Shown in pieces: positions 12,546 to 25,049 of a stretch of DNA of 64,000 nt. Position numbers and translations under genes: made by a program. Position 1 is the first letter of the stretch; each line of letters begins with the position of its first letter. Under the pieces are notes generated by a model. It ran no database searches. It had not been told where the DNA came from and saw nothing but the letters and a program-made list of their open reading frames with translations. The stretch is taken from assembly GCF_006345805.1 (NCBI RefSeq), contig NC_043013.1, positions 45,074,001-45,138,000 on the forward strand. The letters run 5' to 3'. This DNA comes from Octopus sinensis. Lineage: Eukaryota.

Positions 12546-13629
12546 CATATACATATATATAGATATATATATATACTTACACACACACACACACACACAC
12601 ACACAGATGCCCACACCTTTCATTCTTAATACTATCCTCTCAACCCACATTTTACAGTGATCACACTCCTGTGCCACCAAATTATCTCTCCTCCGCCATC
12701 ATACATCTCCCCCTCCCTCCATTCATTATGCCTATCCCACACTTTTCCAATCACCCTAACCACATGTCATCTCTCTCTTTCTCTCCTTTTCTCCCATCTT
12801 CTTTCTTTCTACCCCTGTCATCATTATTATTATTAGTAGTAGTAGTCTGTTGCTCTCCGCCCTACCCCGTCCCATTTTTACTGCATCATCAGCCACCTTC
12901 TCTCACCTACCTTCTTCCTAACTCATGTAACACTGGTCACTCCTCAAATCATCCCCAACTTCTAGTTGTCACCTACTTTCCCCTCTTCTGTTTATCACTC
13001 CTCAACACGTGTCCTTCACAATAATCACTTTCTCACCAATTCCCTACCTCTAACCAGCTCTCACTCCCCCATACACTCTGACAACCTCTACCCACCCACA
13101 CTTCCCGTTCTCCTGTCCCCTATCACACTTCTGCCAGAGATATATAGAATAGCAGTTCCGAAACAGGCACTGGTGTCATAAGTAACCAGAGAGCTTGTTA
13201 AAAACATGTATGTTAGCAACAGAGGTAGTATTGATACCAAGAGATAATATTTATCTCTACTTAAACATGGATGTTCTTTTAGAACAGACTATACTGTGGT
13301 ACTTACCATGAGAGAAACTCTCTTATTGGCTTTTTGGTCCAAAATGCTTATATCACTAACTAGACATGCGATTTCAACCTACCTTGGTCTTGTCAGTGAT
13401 GGACACTCTCAGAACAGGTGCTGGTGTTGTGATCAACCAGTGAGCTTGTTAAAAAATATTTATTATACCATGAGGTAATATTTATCACCACTTAAACGTG
13501 AACGTTCTATTAGAACAAACTATACTGTGGTAAATGTCATGAGAGCCACTCTCATATTGGATTTTGATGCAAAATGCACTCTTATTTATACCACTAGTCA
13601 TGTAGCTCCTCTACAACAAGAAAGCTGTT

Positions 13630-13818
13630 TTATTCTTCCCACTTCTCTTTCACTTTGAACCCCTTGTTCCATAGCATAAAGCTACCTTCCCCTCTTCTGT
13701 AGTCCCACTCTGTCAAAGGGGATCTTAATCTTGCAGACTTCCTGGTGACATCATTGGTGCTGGTGCCATGAAAAATGCACCTAATATATGCTGTAAATTG
13801 GTTGATATTAGGAAACCC
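13630..13818 (-). CDS. Putative orphan secreted protein, second coding exon
   Basis: Acceptor CTTATTGCAG|GGG, phase 0, in frame with the 14335 donor across a 516-nt intron. Encodes GFPNINQFTAYIRCIFHG...SPLTEWDYRRGEGSFMLWNKGFKVKEKWEE-stop. An internal donor GAAG|GTAGCT could extend the gene further. Confidence 0.5.
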   Translation of the reverse strand, partial: GFPNINQFTAYIRCIFHGTSTNDVTRKSARLRSPLTEWDYRRGEGSFMLWNKGFKVKEKWEE

Positions 13819-14334
13819 CTGCAATAAGCAGATATTGGAGTACAATACAATCTTGAGATCAATCAGATCCTGTTAAACTGACTAACCCATGCCAGCATGG
13901 AGTATGGCTGTTAAATGATGTTGATAATGATGATGATGATAATGATACGCACATGCACAAACACTCACACACATTCGCACTATATATGTATAGATATCGG
14001 TCCAACCTATGCCAGCAGGGATCATGGACAATGCCTAAGCATTGGTCTGTTACTCTGGAGATTTCCCATGTTGCTTGTTCCTTAGGCAGGGCAAAACTGG
14101 ATCATGGATAAAGACATATCATTATGATAATGGGAAAAACTGGGACACACTTTTAACTTCAGTCCAGGCAGCTGCAAAAAGACATTAGCTACAAGCAACA
14201 AGTCATGTACACCAGATGCTATATTACTCTTTCCGTAAGAAAATAAAATATATTTTCTCATTAACAGCCCTTGTTACATCACTGAACTTTACTAACAGAA
14301 AAAGATATTGATTGAAAGTTTGAGATTTTCTCAC

Positions 14335-14517
14335 CTTATATGATCTGACAACTTTCTTTATATCATTTATAACACAATTTATCAATTTGTAAGACCATCC
14401 ACTTACTTCATTGTTAATATCTAATTCAATGGTATTTGCATTACAACAGTTAACTTGAAAACTTGTCTGCACAACTACAAAAGAAAGTAGATTGCTGAAA
14501 ATAATAATAGCAAGCAT
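14335..14517 (-). CDS. Putative orphan secreted protein, first coding exon
   Basis: Acceptor TATTTTACAG (exon edge 14522), then ATG at 14517. Encodes MLAIIIFSNLLSFVVVQTSFQVNCC...VVRSYK with a hydrophobic signal-peptide-like N-terminus. Donor AAG|GTGAGA, phase 0. No family recognised. Confidence 0.5.
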
Positions 14518-15204
14518 AACTTCTGTAAAATACGTGATTACTTTTGCTCTGTCATAAGTTGAAACTATTGCTGTCACTCACGAACGTGTATGACTAGGTA
14601 GCTATATGCTATATTTTTGCTGAGTACTTTAATTAACCATGTGGCCATGGACAAACACTGACATTCTCTCAACTTTCACATCCAGGATATGACAGCTGGA
14701 AGGAGAGAGAGAGGACTATACTAGCACTAGACAAGTACTAATTTTTCAGCTGCATGAACTGGAGAAATGTGAAATAAAGTATTTTGCTCAAGGATATAAG
14801 TCCTTGCTGGGTTCACCAATCAAACTCACAATCTTACAATCGTGAGGTGATGAGGTCATACACCTTCATTAGCAGATAATTATTAAATAATGCAGTAATG
14901 TAATCTTGAATTTAGTTTTGCAAATGGATATTTCATATTTATTTCAATGCTGGTGCCTTAACATGGGCACAGCCTCTGGCTGAAACTAATAATAGAATAA
15001 TAGAATAACAGAAATTCATATTCAACTGCAATCATGGAATCAGTAACTACATTGCAATAATAAGAACATGGTTATTATCACACCCAGCAAAGTTGTCATG
15101 TTCGCTGGGGTCATGGGTCACAAATATGACAATGTAATACACACACATGTACTTAAATATACTTTTTAATCCCTTTTTTTACTTCTTCTTAAATATATAT
15201 ATAT

Positions 15205-15405
15205 GACGCCATGATAGATCGTTAGCCACTACACACATTTTTTTCTCTCCTTGTTTCTCTCTTTGTTTTTTCTGTGTCCCTTTCTATAGAAGAGCGTAGG
15301 CTCGAAATGTAAAAGACTTTTTCTATTTCTGAGCATTATACTAATACATCTGTTTGTTTTGTAAACCACCTGTTTTCGTCTTTTGTTTTTTTTGTAAGCT
15401 CTCCC
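15205..15405 (+). mobile_element. ~200-bp repeat family in (TA)n, copy 1 (probable PLE terminal repeat)
   Basis: CGCCATGATAGATCGTTAGC...CTCTCCC, near-identical to 19874-20068, 21486-21673 and 50377-50516. Hammerhead core decayed here (CTATAGA). Confidence 0.7.
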
Positions 15406-16534
15406 TATATATATATATATATACATATACATTCGAACGAGGTTGTTGCCAGTGCTGCTGGACTGGCTCCTGTGCAGGTGGCACATAAAAAACACCATTT
15501 GTGCGTGGCCGTTGCCAGTACCGCCTGACTGGTCCTCGTGCGAGTGGCATGTAAAAGCACCCACTACACTCTCAGAGTGGTTGGCGTTAGGAAGGGCATA
15601 CAGCTGTAGAAACTCTGCCAGATCAAGATTGGAGCCTGGTGCAGCCATCTAGTTCACCAGTCCTCAGTCAAATCATCCAACCCATGCTAGCATGGAAAGT
15701 GGACGTTAAACGATTATGATGATGATGATGTATATATATGTGTATATATATATATAGATATATCAGTGTTGATACTGGCACATGGGCTGTTCAGGCTTAG
15801 CCTGAGCAGAAATTTAGTAAAATGAACATGTTTATGCAAGGTGATTCAATTTCTGCCAACAGTGACTTCAAGTATGTAATTGCAGCCAATTAGTCGGTCT
15901 CCTTTTATTGAGCCTGATCGCAGTTCATTTATTTTCGTTCAGCATCTGGCAGTTGTCTTAAAGGTGCCCCGTGTTAAAAAATATCATTTGTAGCAGATCT
16001 TCTCTCAATATCATTCACCCATGCCTGACTCAGGCTCAGAAGTTACATCCCGAGTTGTTGTCTATAATCGTAAAAATTAAAAGTAATTCAAATTCAGTGT
16101 TTTCTTGTAACAATAAAGTTCTGTAGAGATTAGGATTTAAATTCCAGTCTATAGAAAGTTTCCATTTTACAATATTCTTAAAGGTATGAAAAATCATCCA
16201 GCAACTCAGGCTAATACAAACAAGCCTGGTAGGTATAAAAGACTAACGGGTGACAGAGTGCTGATGATTGTTGTGCACTCTGCTGTTGTTGTTTGATTGA
16301 TGTTATTGTGTGTGTCTGTGTGTAAAGACCAGTTGTGTTTTGCAGGGTAGCTTTATTTTTTACCTTCAACTTAGAAATGGAGAAATACATAGTGCTAGAT
16401 ATAAGAAATGTCATTTGGGGCTAGAAATATTGTGGAAAAAGGGGAAATTCTTCAAGCAGGCATGTGTCTTATGCGAAATCTGTGATGAGTCCAAGTGACG
16501 CTGATGACCTGGAGTCACCTCTGATATATATATG

Positions 16535-16574
<40 letters not shown>

Positions 16575-16575
<1 letters not shown>

Positions 16576-16925
16576 CACCGTGACCGACCAGTCTATCAGA
16601 TGTTGCTACACATCGCTGTTGTGTCTGGGGAGAGTCATTTTCTTATTGTGCCTAATTATTTAACACACTCACCGGTAAAATTTCCACTTTTTTATTGTCC
16701 TAAAATTTTCATTGCGTCTTTCAACCTTTTCAATAGTTTTGACTCTCAAAAGGTTGAAAGACGCAACAAAAGTTTTAGGACAATAAAAATAAGAAAAAAA
16801 AGTGGAAATTTTACTGGTGAAATAATAAGGCACAATAAGAAAATGACTCTCCCCAGACACAACAGAATATGCTTCAACACACGACTCATGTAAAGAATCT
16901 TGCAAACCAAATCCAAAAACGAAAT
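16575..16925. mobile_element. Short fold-back element (PLE-type) in (TA)n
   Basis: Inverted arms 16616-16730 / 16748-16865, flanked by TA-rich microsatellite. Hammerhead-like motif at the junction. Confidence 0.6.
16698..16736 (-). ncRNA. Minimal hammerhead-like motif with U3:A8 core (decayed)
   Basis: CTA-TTGAAAA-G-GTTG(7 nt)CAAT-GAA-AATT-T-TAG. The opposite arm has CAAC-AAA, so the ancestral state was probably CAAC-GAA. Stem I is only 3 bp. Confidence 0.42.
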
Positions 16926-16984
16926 ATATATATATACACACACACATACACACGCACACATACAGATCTTTTCCAACAGTGTCT

Positions 16985-17460
16985 CTTCACTCGTGGTCCT
17001 TAGTCATTTCTTTCATGAAGTTCCGAATCCTGAGATCAGCTTTCATCATGTCTTCCTCTCTCATATTCTATCCACTTGAATTACTTGGCACTTCTTCGCC
17101 AATTCATCATCTGTCATGTGCAATATCTCAGTTTTCTTTCTTACACTCTGTACTTGACTCCTATAGCACCTTCCCTTTCTCTCGGCTTATTTGTACTCTG
17201 TCATGTCCTTCATGTACTCTAACATCAGACATCCAGCAGAGCATGCCAGCTTCCTTTCTTTTCACCCTCTCCATTAAATAACTATGCTTCTCTACCATGC
17301 AAAATCACACTTCATACTTAGGCATCACACAATCTGCTCTTTCTGTCAGAGAGACATTTCCCTTTGTTGACAGTTGAAGAACTCAACTTTTACCAACGCT
17401 TTCTTACTCTGGATACTAAGCTCTAACTAGGTCACCTAGGTTACAGAAGCTATCAATTAC
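16985..17460 (-). mobile_element. Degenerate RTE LINE RT C-terminal fragment
   Basis: Reverse complement aligns by eye with the 4400-4850 part of the RTE copy (CTAGGTGACCTAGTTAG..., GCATGGTAGAGAAGCAT..., GATGTCTGATG). Confidence 0.65.
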
Positions 17461-17518
17461 CTCCAGGAAACTCACTGAACGTTCAAAGAATTTATATGTA
17501 CTTTTGCTGCTAACTACT

Positions 17519-17937
17519 TACTCTTTTACTCTTTTACTTGTTTCATTCATTTGACTGTGGCCATGCTGGAGCACCGCCTTTAGTTGAGAAAATCGACTCC
17601 GGGACTTATTCTTTGTAAGCCCAGTACTTATTCTATCGGTCTCTTTTGCCGAACCGCTAGCTAAGTGACGGGGATGTAAACACACCAGCATCGGTTGTCA
17701 AGCAATGCTAGGGGGACAAACACAGACACACAAACATATACACACACATAATATATATATATATATATATACATATATACGACAGGCTTCTTTCAGTTTC
17801 TGTCTACCAAATCCACTCACAAGGCATTGGTCGGCCCGAGGCTATAGCAGAAGACACTTGCCCAAGGTGCCACGCAGTGGGACTGAACCCGGAACCATGT
17901 GGTTGGTAGGCAAGCTACTTACCACACAGCCACTCCT
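17519..17937 (-). mobile_element. SINE family C
   Basis: Reverse complement, full length. Confidence 0.85.
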
Positions 17938-18090
17938 CTGTACTCTTCCTACATATGAAGCCCTCTATCACATCCTCCATCTTCACACACATGCTACCAA
18001 GTACTTTAAAGCAGTGTCTTGCTGAAGGATCTTTCAGATTTCATTCCTTCTTCAACTGTCTTTTGTCCTAGACTCTATCTAACCCTTACT

Positions 18091-18474
18091 GTGGAGGCGC
18101 AATGGCCCAGTGGTTAGGGCAGCGGACTCGCGGTCATAAGATCGCGGTTTCGATTCCCAGACCGGGTGTTATGAGTGTTTATTGAGCGAAAACACCTAAA
18201 GCTCCACGAGGCTCCGGCAGGGGATGGTGGTGATCCCTGCTGTACTCTTTCACCACAACTTTCTCTCACTCTTACTTCCTGTTTCTGTTGTACCTGTATT
18301 TCAAAGGGCCGGCCTTGTCACTCTCTGTGTCACGCTGAATATCCCTGAGAACTACGTTAAGGGTACACGTGTCTGTGGAGTGCTCAGCCACTTACACGTT
18401 AATTTCACGAGCAGGCTGTTCCGTTGATCGGATCAACCGGAACCCTCATCGTCGTAACCGACGGAGTGCTTCCA
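18091..18474 (+). mobile_element. tRNA-derived SINE family N (central domain possibly Nin-like)
   Basis: Pol III A/B boxes (TGGCCCAGTGG, GGTTTCGATTCC); 12-bp TSD CTAACCCTTACT; near-identical to 36566-36950. Confidence 0.85.
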
Positions 18475-19873
18475 CTAACCCTTACTCTGCTATTAATAAT
18501 TGTCAGTCTGAAATTCTTTGAGTTGAAATTCTTCACTAGTTAAAAATTTAGCATTCACAACCACTTATTTATTTTGTTTTCTGGTATGTATGAAATATAT
18601 CTGGCTTTTATATTTGCCTGAATTTTTAGGTGATTAGAGGGTAGCCAAATTTCCTGAAGTTAGTGTTTCAAATTGTTGGGTCATTTGCACCATGGAACTT
18701 AAAGAGCCTTGTATTATGATGATCAGCCTTGAGAACGAGGTCACTGTTGTCTGTTAATGAGGTCGCCTGCAAGAAAGACTTCATAGAAACAGTCCTTTAT
18801 TCATTTGCAAGTTCTAGTTATGGTGCATATGCGTAGATCGCTGTTTCTGCTTGCTGCTTATAGCTAGCTTACATTTATTTGTATAGTTTACAAGCTCTCA
18901 TCTAAACTAATTGACTTTCTAATTAGCTGCACTGTAACTCATTTTTGTTAATTGCATAACTTGGTTGCTCAGTTTGATTCTTCTCTACATTTCTATATAT
19001 ACATATTCATGAGTGTGTGTGTGTGTTGTTGTTGTTGTTGCTATTTTGCAAAAGTATCGTAAGTCCAAAAATGTTGCTTTTTCAGAAAATGGAAAAATAG
19101 TTTCACCACTCCGTAGCAAAACTGTTGTACTACACTTTAACAATTTTTGATGTCTTGGCATCTGAAGCAGCTGGAGATACGATAGTTTGACCAAAAGAAT
19201 TGGCTATTGCAAGCAAAAATAGATATTGAAAGAAAAACGCATTTGGCCTGACTTGGACATACGACAGTTTAACATAATAGCAATGATATATACACACACA
19301 CTAACACACACATACACACACACATACACACACAGACACGCATGCACACATAAACACACTACGCATATACATATTTATGTGTGTAGTCAAGTGAAGTTAT
19401 TGTTGTGGCCGATGCCAGTACTGCCTGACTGGCACCTGTGCCGGTGGCACGTAAAAAGCATTATTCGAGCGTGGTCATTGCCAGTGTTGCCTGACTGGCT
19501 CCCATGCTGGTGGCACATAAAAAGCACCATTCAAGCATGGTTGATGCCAGTACCACCTGACTGGCCCTCATGCTGGTGGCATGTAAAAAGCACCCACTAC
19601 ACTCTCAGAGTGGTTGGCATTAGAAAGGGCATCCAGCTGTAGAAACTCTGCCAAATCAGATTGGAGCCTGGTACAGCCTTCTAGCTTGCCAGTCCTCAGT
19701 CAAACCATCCAACCCATGCCAGCATAGAAAGTGGACGTTAAATGACGACGACGACGATGATGATGTATTTATTAATGTTTGCTTTTATGTCAGATTATGT
19801 ATAAAGACAATTTAACATAAAACTGTATGATTACTAAATACATTTTAGTAGAGTACATATATATTAAGTCAGA

Positions 19874-20068
19874 ACGCCATGATAGATCATTAGCTCCTAC
19901 TCGCATTTTTTTCTCTCCTTGTTTTTTTCTGTGTATCTTTCTGTCGAAGAGCGTAGGCTCGAAACATAAAAGACTTGTTCTATTTCTATTCCTGAGCGCC
20001 ATACTAATACATTTGTTTGTTTGTACTCCACGTGCCTTCATCTTTTGTTTATTTTCGTAAACCATCCC
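19874..20068 (+). mobile_element. ~200-bp repeat family, copy 2
   Basis: Same family; motif TCTTT-CTGTCGA-A-GAGC-GTAG-GCTC-GAA-ACAT-A-AAAGA at 19936-19973. Confidence 0.7.
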
Positions 20069-20514
20069 GTTACATATATATTAACTTTTATAATGGAAAG
20101 GTTGATAGTGACTTTGAAGTCACACAGCTTCTCACTTTCATCACTCTGTCCAATGAAGATGAGCAAGCTGTAACTTTGAAGTCACTTTCATCATCATCAT
20201 TTAACATTCGTGTTCTATTCTGGCATGTGTTGGGCAGTTTAACAAGGATCCAATGAGTGAAGGACTGCGTCATATTCCAGTGTCTGTTTTGGCATGGTTT
20301 CTACTGCTGGATGCTCATCCTAATGCCAACCGCTTTACAGTGTGTTATGGATTTTCTTTTGTGGCACCGGTACTGTTGAGATCACCATGTGGCTCAATAG
20401 TGCCAGTAGAATGATAAAAGCACCAAGTACACACTATCTATTTGTGTGTGTATGTATGTATGTATCTATCTATCTATCCATCTCCATCCATATATATATA
20501 TATATATATATATA

Positions 20515-20899
20515 TCTTTATATATAAAAGTCAAGTTGTGTGTCTGTCTCCTATGATTTAGATTCCTAACTACTCCCACATTTTGCGGTGCAGTTTAATC
20601 TTATAGTTGTGATTCATATTGAGCCCTTCTGGGTATTAGCGCATGTCTACGATGAGTCTATGATTTAAAAAAAAATTTACCATCATTTTTTTCCATTTTA
20701 ATGCATTTTTTCGCTATTATATGAGGGAAGTAACTCTCTAAAAATGTCTACGATGAGTCAACGATTTAAAAAAAATTTACCATAATTTTTTTTCCATTTT
20801 TAATGCATTTTTTTACTATTTTTTGGCTATAACTCTCTAAAAATGCTTATATAGTTATTTCCCTTACAAACCCGAGCAACGCTGGGCGATACTGCTAGT
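20515..20899 (+). mobile_element. Helentron/Helitron-like non-autonomous element, family A copy 1
   Basis: Starts TCTTTATATATAAAA; ends CCCGAGCAACGCTGGG...CTAGT; internal tandem duplication. Matches 53998-54387 and 56527-56913. Confidence 0.7.
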
Positions 20900-20910
20900 A
20901 TATATATATA

Positions 20911-20964
<54 letters not shown>

Positions 20965-21485
20965 TTAGGGAATATAATTCCAAACTTACAGGGAAAAATT
21001 CAATTTAGTAATACTAAATCAAATTTCACAATATATAATACATGACGAAGCCTTCCAGCTTCACAGACCCCAGTTGACCCGTCCAACCCATGCTAGCATG
21101 GAAAACGGACGCTAAACGATGATGATGATGATGATGATGATGATGTATATAAATTAGAAAAGAACCACCATGTAGCAATTCAACAATGATATACTTAAAT
21201 CATACCTTATAGAAAAAATGAAAGATACAATAAAACATATACCTAGAACTAAATAAAGTACGAAATAATAAATAAGTAGTATATAATTAGTAAATAGATA
21301 CATACATACAAACATACATGCATACTAATTATATACTATATATTTATTATTTCATACTTTTAGTTCTAGGTAAATGTTTTATCGTATCTTTAATTTTTTC
21401 CTACATGGTATGATTTAAGTATATCATTGTTGAATTGCTACATGGTGGTTCTTCTCTAATTTATATATATATATTCCGAGTCAGT

Positions 21486-21673
21486 CGCCATGATAGATCG
21501 TTAGCCACTACACACATTTTTTTTCTCTTCTTGTTTTTTCTGTGTCCCTTTCTGTAGAAGAGCGTAGGCTCAAAACGTAAAAGACTTTTTCTATTCCTGA
21601 GCGTTATACTAATACATCTGTTTGTTTTGTACACCACCTGTCTTCGTCTTTTGTTTTTTTCGTAAACTCTCCC
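21486..21673 (+). mobile_element. ~200-bp repeat family, copy 3
   Basis: Same family; motif at 21548-21583 with G12-to-A change consistent with CpG decay. Confidence 0.7.
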
Positions 21674-21692
21674 TATACACACACACATACAC

Positions 21693-21775
<83 letters not shown>

Positions 21776-23189
21776 GCACAGGTATGGCTGTGTGGTTATT
21801 TAGTTTGCTTCCCAAACATGGAGACTTGAGCTCATAGGAGACACTTGGGCAAGTGTCTCCTATGAAAGTCTTAGGTTGACCAAATCCTTGTGAGTGGATT
21901 TGATGATAGAAACTGAAAGAAGCTCATCGTGCATGTGTGTGTTTATTGGTGACTCCTCATCTTGACATCAACTGACAGTTGTAAACAAAAGTCGCTGTCA
22001 TACTAACAGTGTATGACATTTGTTTCCAATCTTCCACAAAAACATGTCTAGTCATGGGGAAATATTGCCTGGCTTTGAAACAATGGTGGATTGGCAACAG
22101 GAAAAGCCGCTGGCCATAGAAAATCTACCACAACAAATTCTATCTAATCCAATGCAAGCATGAGAAAGTGGAACTGATGGACAAACTGCATTATCTCTTT
22201 ACATGTCTATAACTTAGCGGTTCAGCAAAAACAAAAAGAAAAATGTCTGACAGAAATAATACCAAACTTAAAAATAAATACTGGAGACATCTTTTTTGAC
22301 TAAATCTTTCAAGTCAGAGCCTCAGCTTGGCTGCAGTTTAATGACTGAAACAAGTAGAAAAATACAAGTGTGTGTGTGTAATATACATATAAATATGCAT
22401 ATCAACTGGCTTCGTACCCGTGGCACGTAAAAAGGGCACCATTCGAGTGTGATCATCACCTGTGCCGGTGGCATGTGTAAAAAGATTTGAGCGAGGTCGT
22501 TGCCAGTACCACCTGACTGGCCCCCATGCCGGTGGCACGTAAAAAGCACCCACTACACTCTCGGAGTGGTTGGCATTAGAGAGGGCATCCAGCTGTAGAA
22601 ACTCTGCCAGATTAAGATTGGAGCCTGGTGCAGCCATCTGGCTCACCAGCCCTCAGTCAAAATCGTCCAACCCATGCTAGCATGGAAAGCGGATGTTAAA
22701 CGATGATGATGATGATGATAATACACATGCACATTGCTAATGTTTAGCAAATTAGAAAGGAGTGCTTAATACATGTTGTAGAGCAGTATTTCTTAACATT
22801 TATTTTTGTGGCCCCACTTCCCTTTTAAGCAGTTGTTATGCCTAGTACCCACCTTAGTGGTGAGTGAGGTATCGTGACTAAACTAGCTCAACATCGATGA
22901 TAATTTATAAATTTTACTATAAAAATGGATTGTATAAGCTTTTAACTGTGAAATGATAAATTAATACTGACAAAAGTTGTAAGTTTATTTTATGTATTGC
23001 AAGTTAATGACTTTCCTGTGCCTGATGAGGTCTCATTTTAAATTTAAAATAATTCAAGTTTTATCATTACTACAATAGGTAAAATTTGACATGTTAATTA
23101 TGTTACGTCATCACTCCCTAAAGCCTCATGCCATCTTTGACATACCCAGAGTCCCGCTTAGGGGTGGTACCACCCATGTTGAGAACCTC

Positions 23190-23520
23190 TTTCAGATGAG
23201 ATGATGACGGACCGAGATACCTGGTGCCTTGCTGTACTCAAGAAGACCCAACCTCCATAACAAAAGTGTTAAGGCTGCCCTCCCCCTGGTGAAGAGGATG
23301 GGCCTGCAACAGTTCTGTGATGGTTTCACATAAAAAGCGCTTGTGTCAGTTCCACATAAAAGTGCCCAGTACACCTCATTTGCTTTAGGATGGGCATCCA
23401 ACCATAGAAACTATACCAAATCAGACTGGAGCCTGGTGCACCTCTCCAGCTCTGGTCAAACAGTCCAACCCATGCCAGTATGGGAAACAGTACAAGTGTG
23501 TGTGTAATATACATATAAAA
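23190..23520 (+). mobile_element. RTE LINE 3' end, second subfamily
   Basis: MTDRDTWCLAVLKKTQPP-stop resembles the RTE C-terminus at ~4900-4965. Followed by GGATGGGCATCC...AACCCATGCCAGTATGG and a GATGATAATAATGATG tail. Confidence 0.55.
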
Positions 23521-24507
23521 GGATGATAATAATGATGAGGGTGATGTATATAAAAAGCACCATCCGAATCCTGGCCGATGCCAGCGCCGCTTTGATTGGC
23601 TTCCGTGCCGGTGGCACGTAAAATGCACCAATCTGATCGTGGCCGTTGCCAGCCTCACCTGGCACCTGTGCAGGTGGCACGTAAAAAGCACCCACTATGC
23701 TCACGGAGTGATTGGCGTTAGGAAGGGCATCCAGCTGTAGAAACACTGCCAGATCAGACTGGAGCCTGGTGCAGCCTTCTGGCTTCCCAGATCCCCGGTC
23801 GAACCGTCCAACCCATGCTAGCATGGAGAACGGACGTTAAACAATGATGATATATATCTTTATATATATATACAATTCAAGAACAACTGAGAGGGAAGGA
23901 CTTCTCCTGAATACTGGTAATGTCTGTGACAGACATTTATTTATTTACATATTTACTACTACTATTACTACTACTGATATATTTCTCCCTTTTTTATCTT
24001 AAATATTTCAGTTTCTAAGCATGAAAATTTGAGGTTAATTATGAACCATTTAATTACATTACTGATTTCAACACTTAAGTTTGAGTCACCATTTATCAAA
24101 TGTTATCTTTTGTATTTGGTGTAGCTTCTTCTCTTTTTTAAATACTAGCTCTTGTTTATATGTGCCTCTAGTGGAGGTTGCCCTGTAGTTAGCATTCAAA
24201 CTAGTCTTATGGCAGGGAATTATTTTGACTCCATGGCACACCCTCAACATTTCTCTAGTTACTAAAAACTAAAACCAAACCTGCTGAACAATTCTCCCTC
24301 ATCTATTCTAACATTCTTGAACTCAGATCCAACCTACACATTTACAAACTGACATGCAAACCACACATCCCATTCCTCTCTTAATGCAGTCTCTTAAGTA
24401 TAGTTCATCTAAGAGTACCATACGAGTGAGATCGTTGCCAGAGCAACAAGCTGGCCTCCGTGCCGATGGCACATTAAAAACACCATTCAGGCGTGATCAT
24501 TACCTGT

Positions 24508-24880
24508 GTGTCATATGAAATTGTCACTCATAATTGACCCTAGTATCGATCTATTGCATTTCAATCTATTTTAGGGTTGGTGGGGGGAAGGGTATCTTTT
24601 TTTCTTCACAAATGTAAATAAACCCAATCTGTTTCTTAAACGAGGGACATATTCATACGGCACAGAATGTTTTTAACCTCAATAGACGTCATTGATTGGT
24701 TGAAATTGCAGAAATTGAAGAAAAAAAAACATCAAATATGTTACAAACTATAGAATTTTCTCAATAAAGCCAAGAGAAAAAGATGTTTTATAAACACATT
24801 CTACCAGTATACGAAGTTTAAAATTTTTTAGTTACCTAGAAATTATGTTAAAAAACTGCCGTTCAAACCGAAAAGATCCC
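24508..24880 (+). mobile_element. Same GGGATC-TIR MITE, copy 3 (left TIR lost)
   Basis: Body matches 89-474; right TIR ends AAAAGATCCC at 24880. Confidence 0.8.
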
Positions 24881-25049
24881 CAAACCCATTTTTTTGCTTA
24901 ATTTCATATCTATAATGCTTTTGCATCCCACTTGCCCTTTCACTCTTAACCTGAAGTTCTGAATTTAATTACCAATCAATCAAACAAGCACCACACAGAC
25001 AACAACCAAGCTCTTGAGACAGTTTAAATCTGCCTCCCTTTCCAGTTGA

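Noticed and set aside
16355-16500. Additional minus-strand exon of the orphan gene (MTFLISS...KLK then GTAAAA)
   Set aside because: Weak acceptor; the other frames are closed; the phase-0 end does not fit the 14474 or 14522 acceptors in frame.
18091-18165. Genuine tRNA gene
   Set aside because: The tRNA-like head runs into a SINE body with TSDs and sister copies.
18600-18770. Minus-strand exon after TCTTTCTTGCAG
   Set aside because: All frames stop within ~100 nt and there is no convincing donor.
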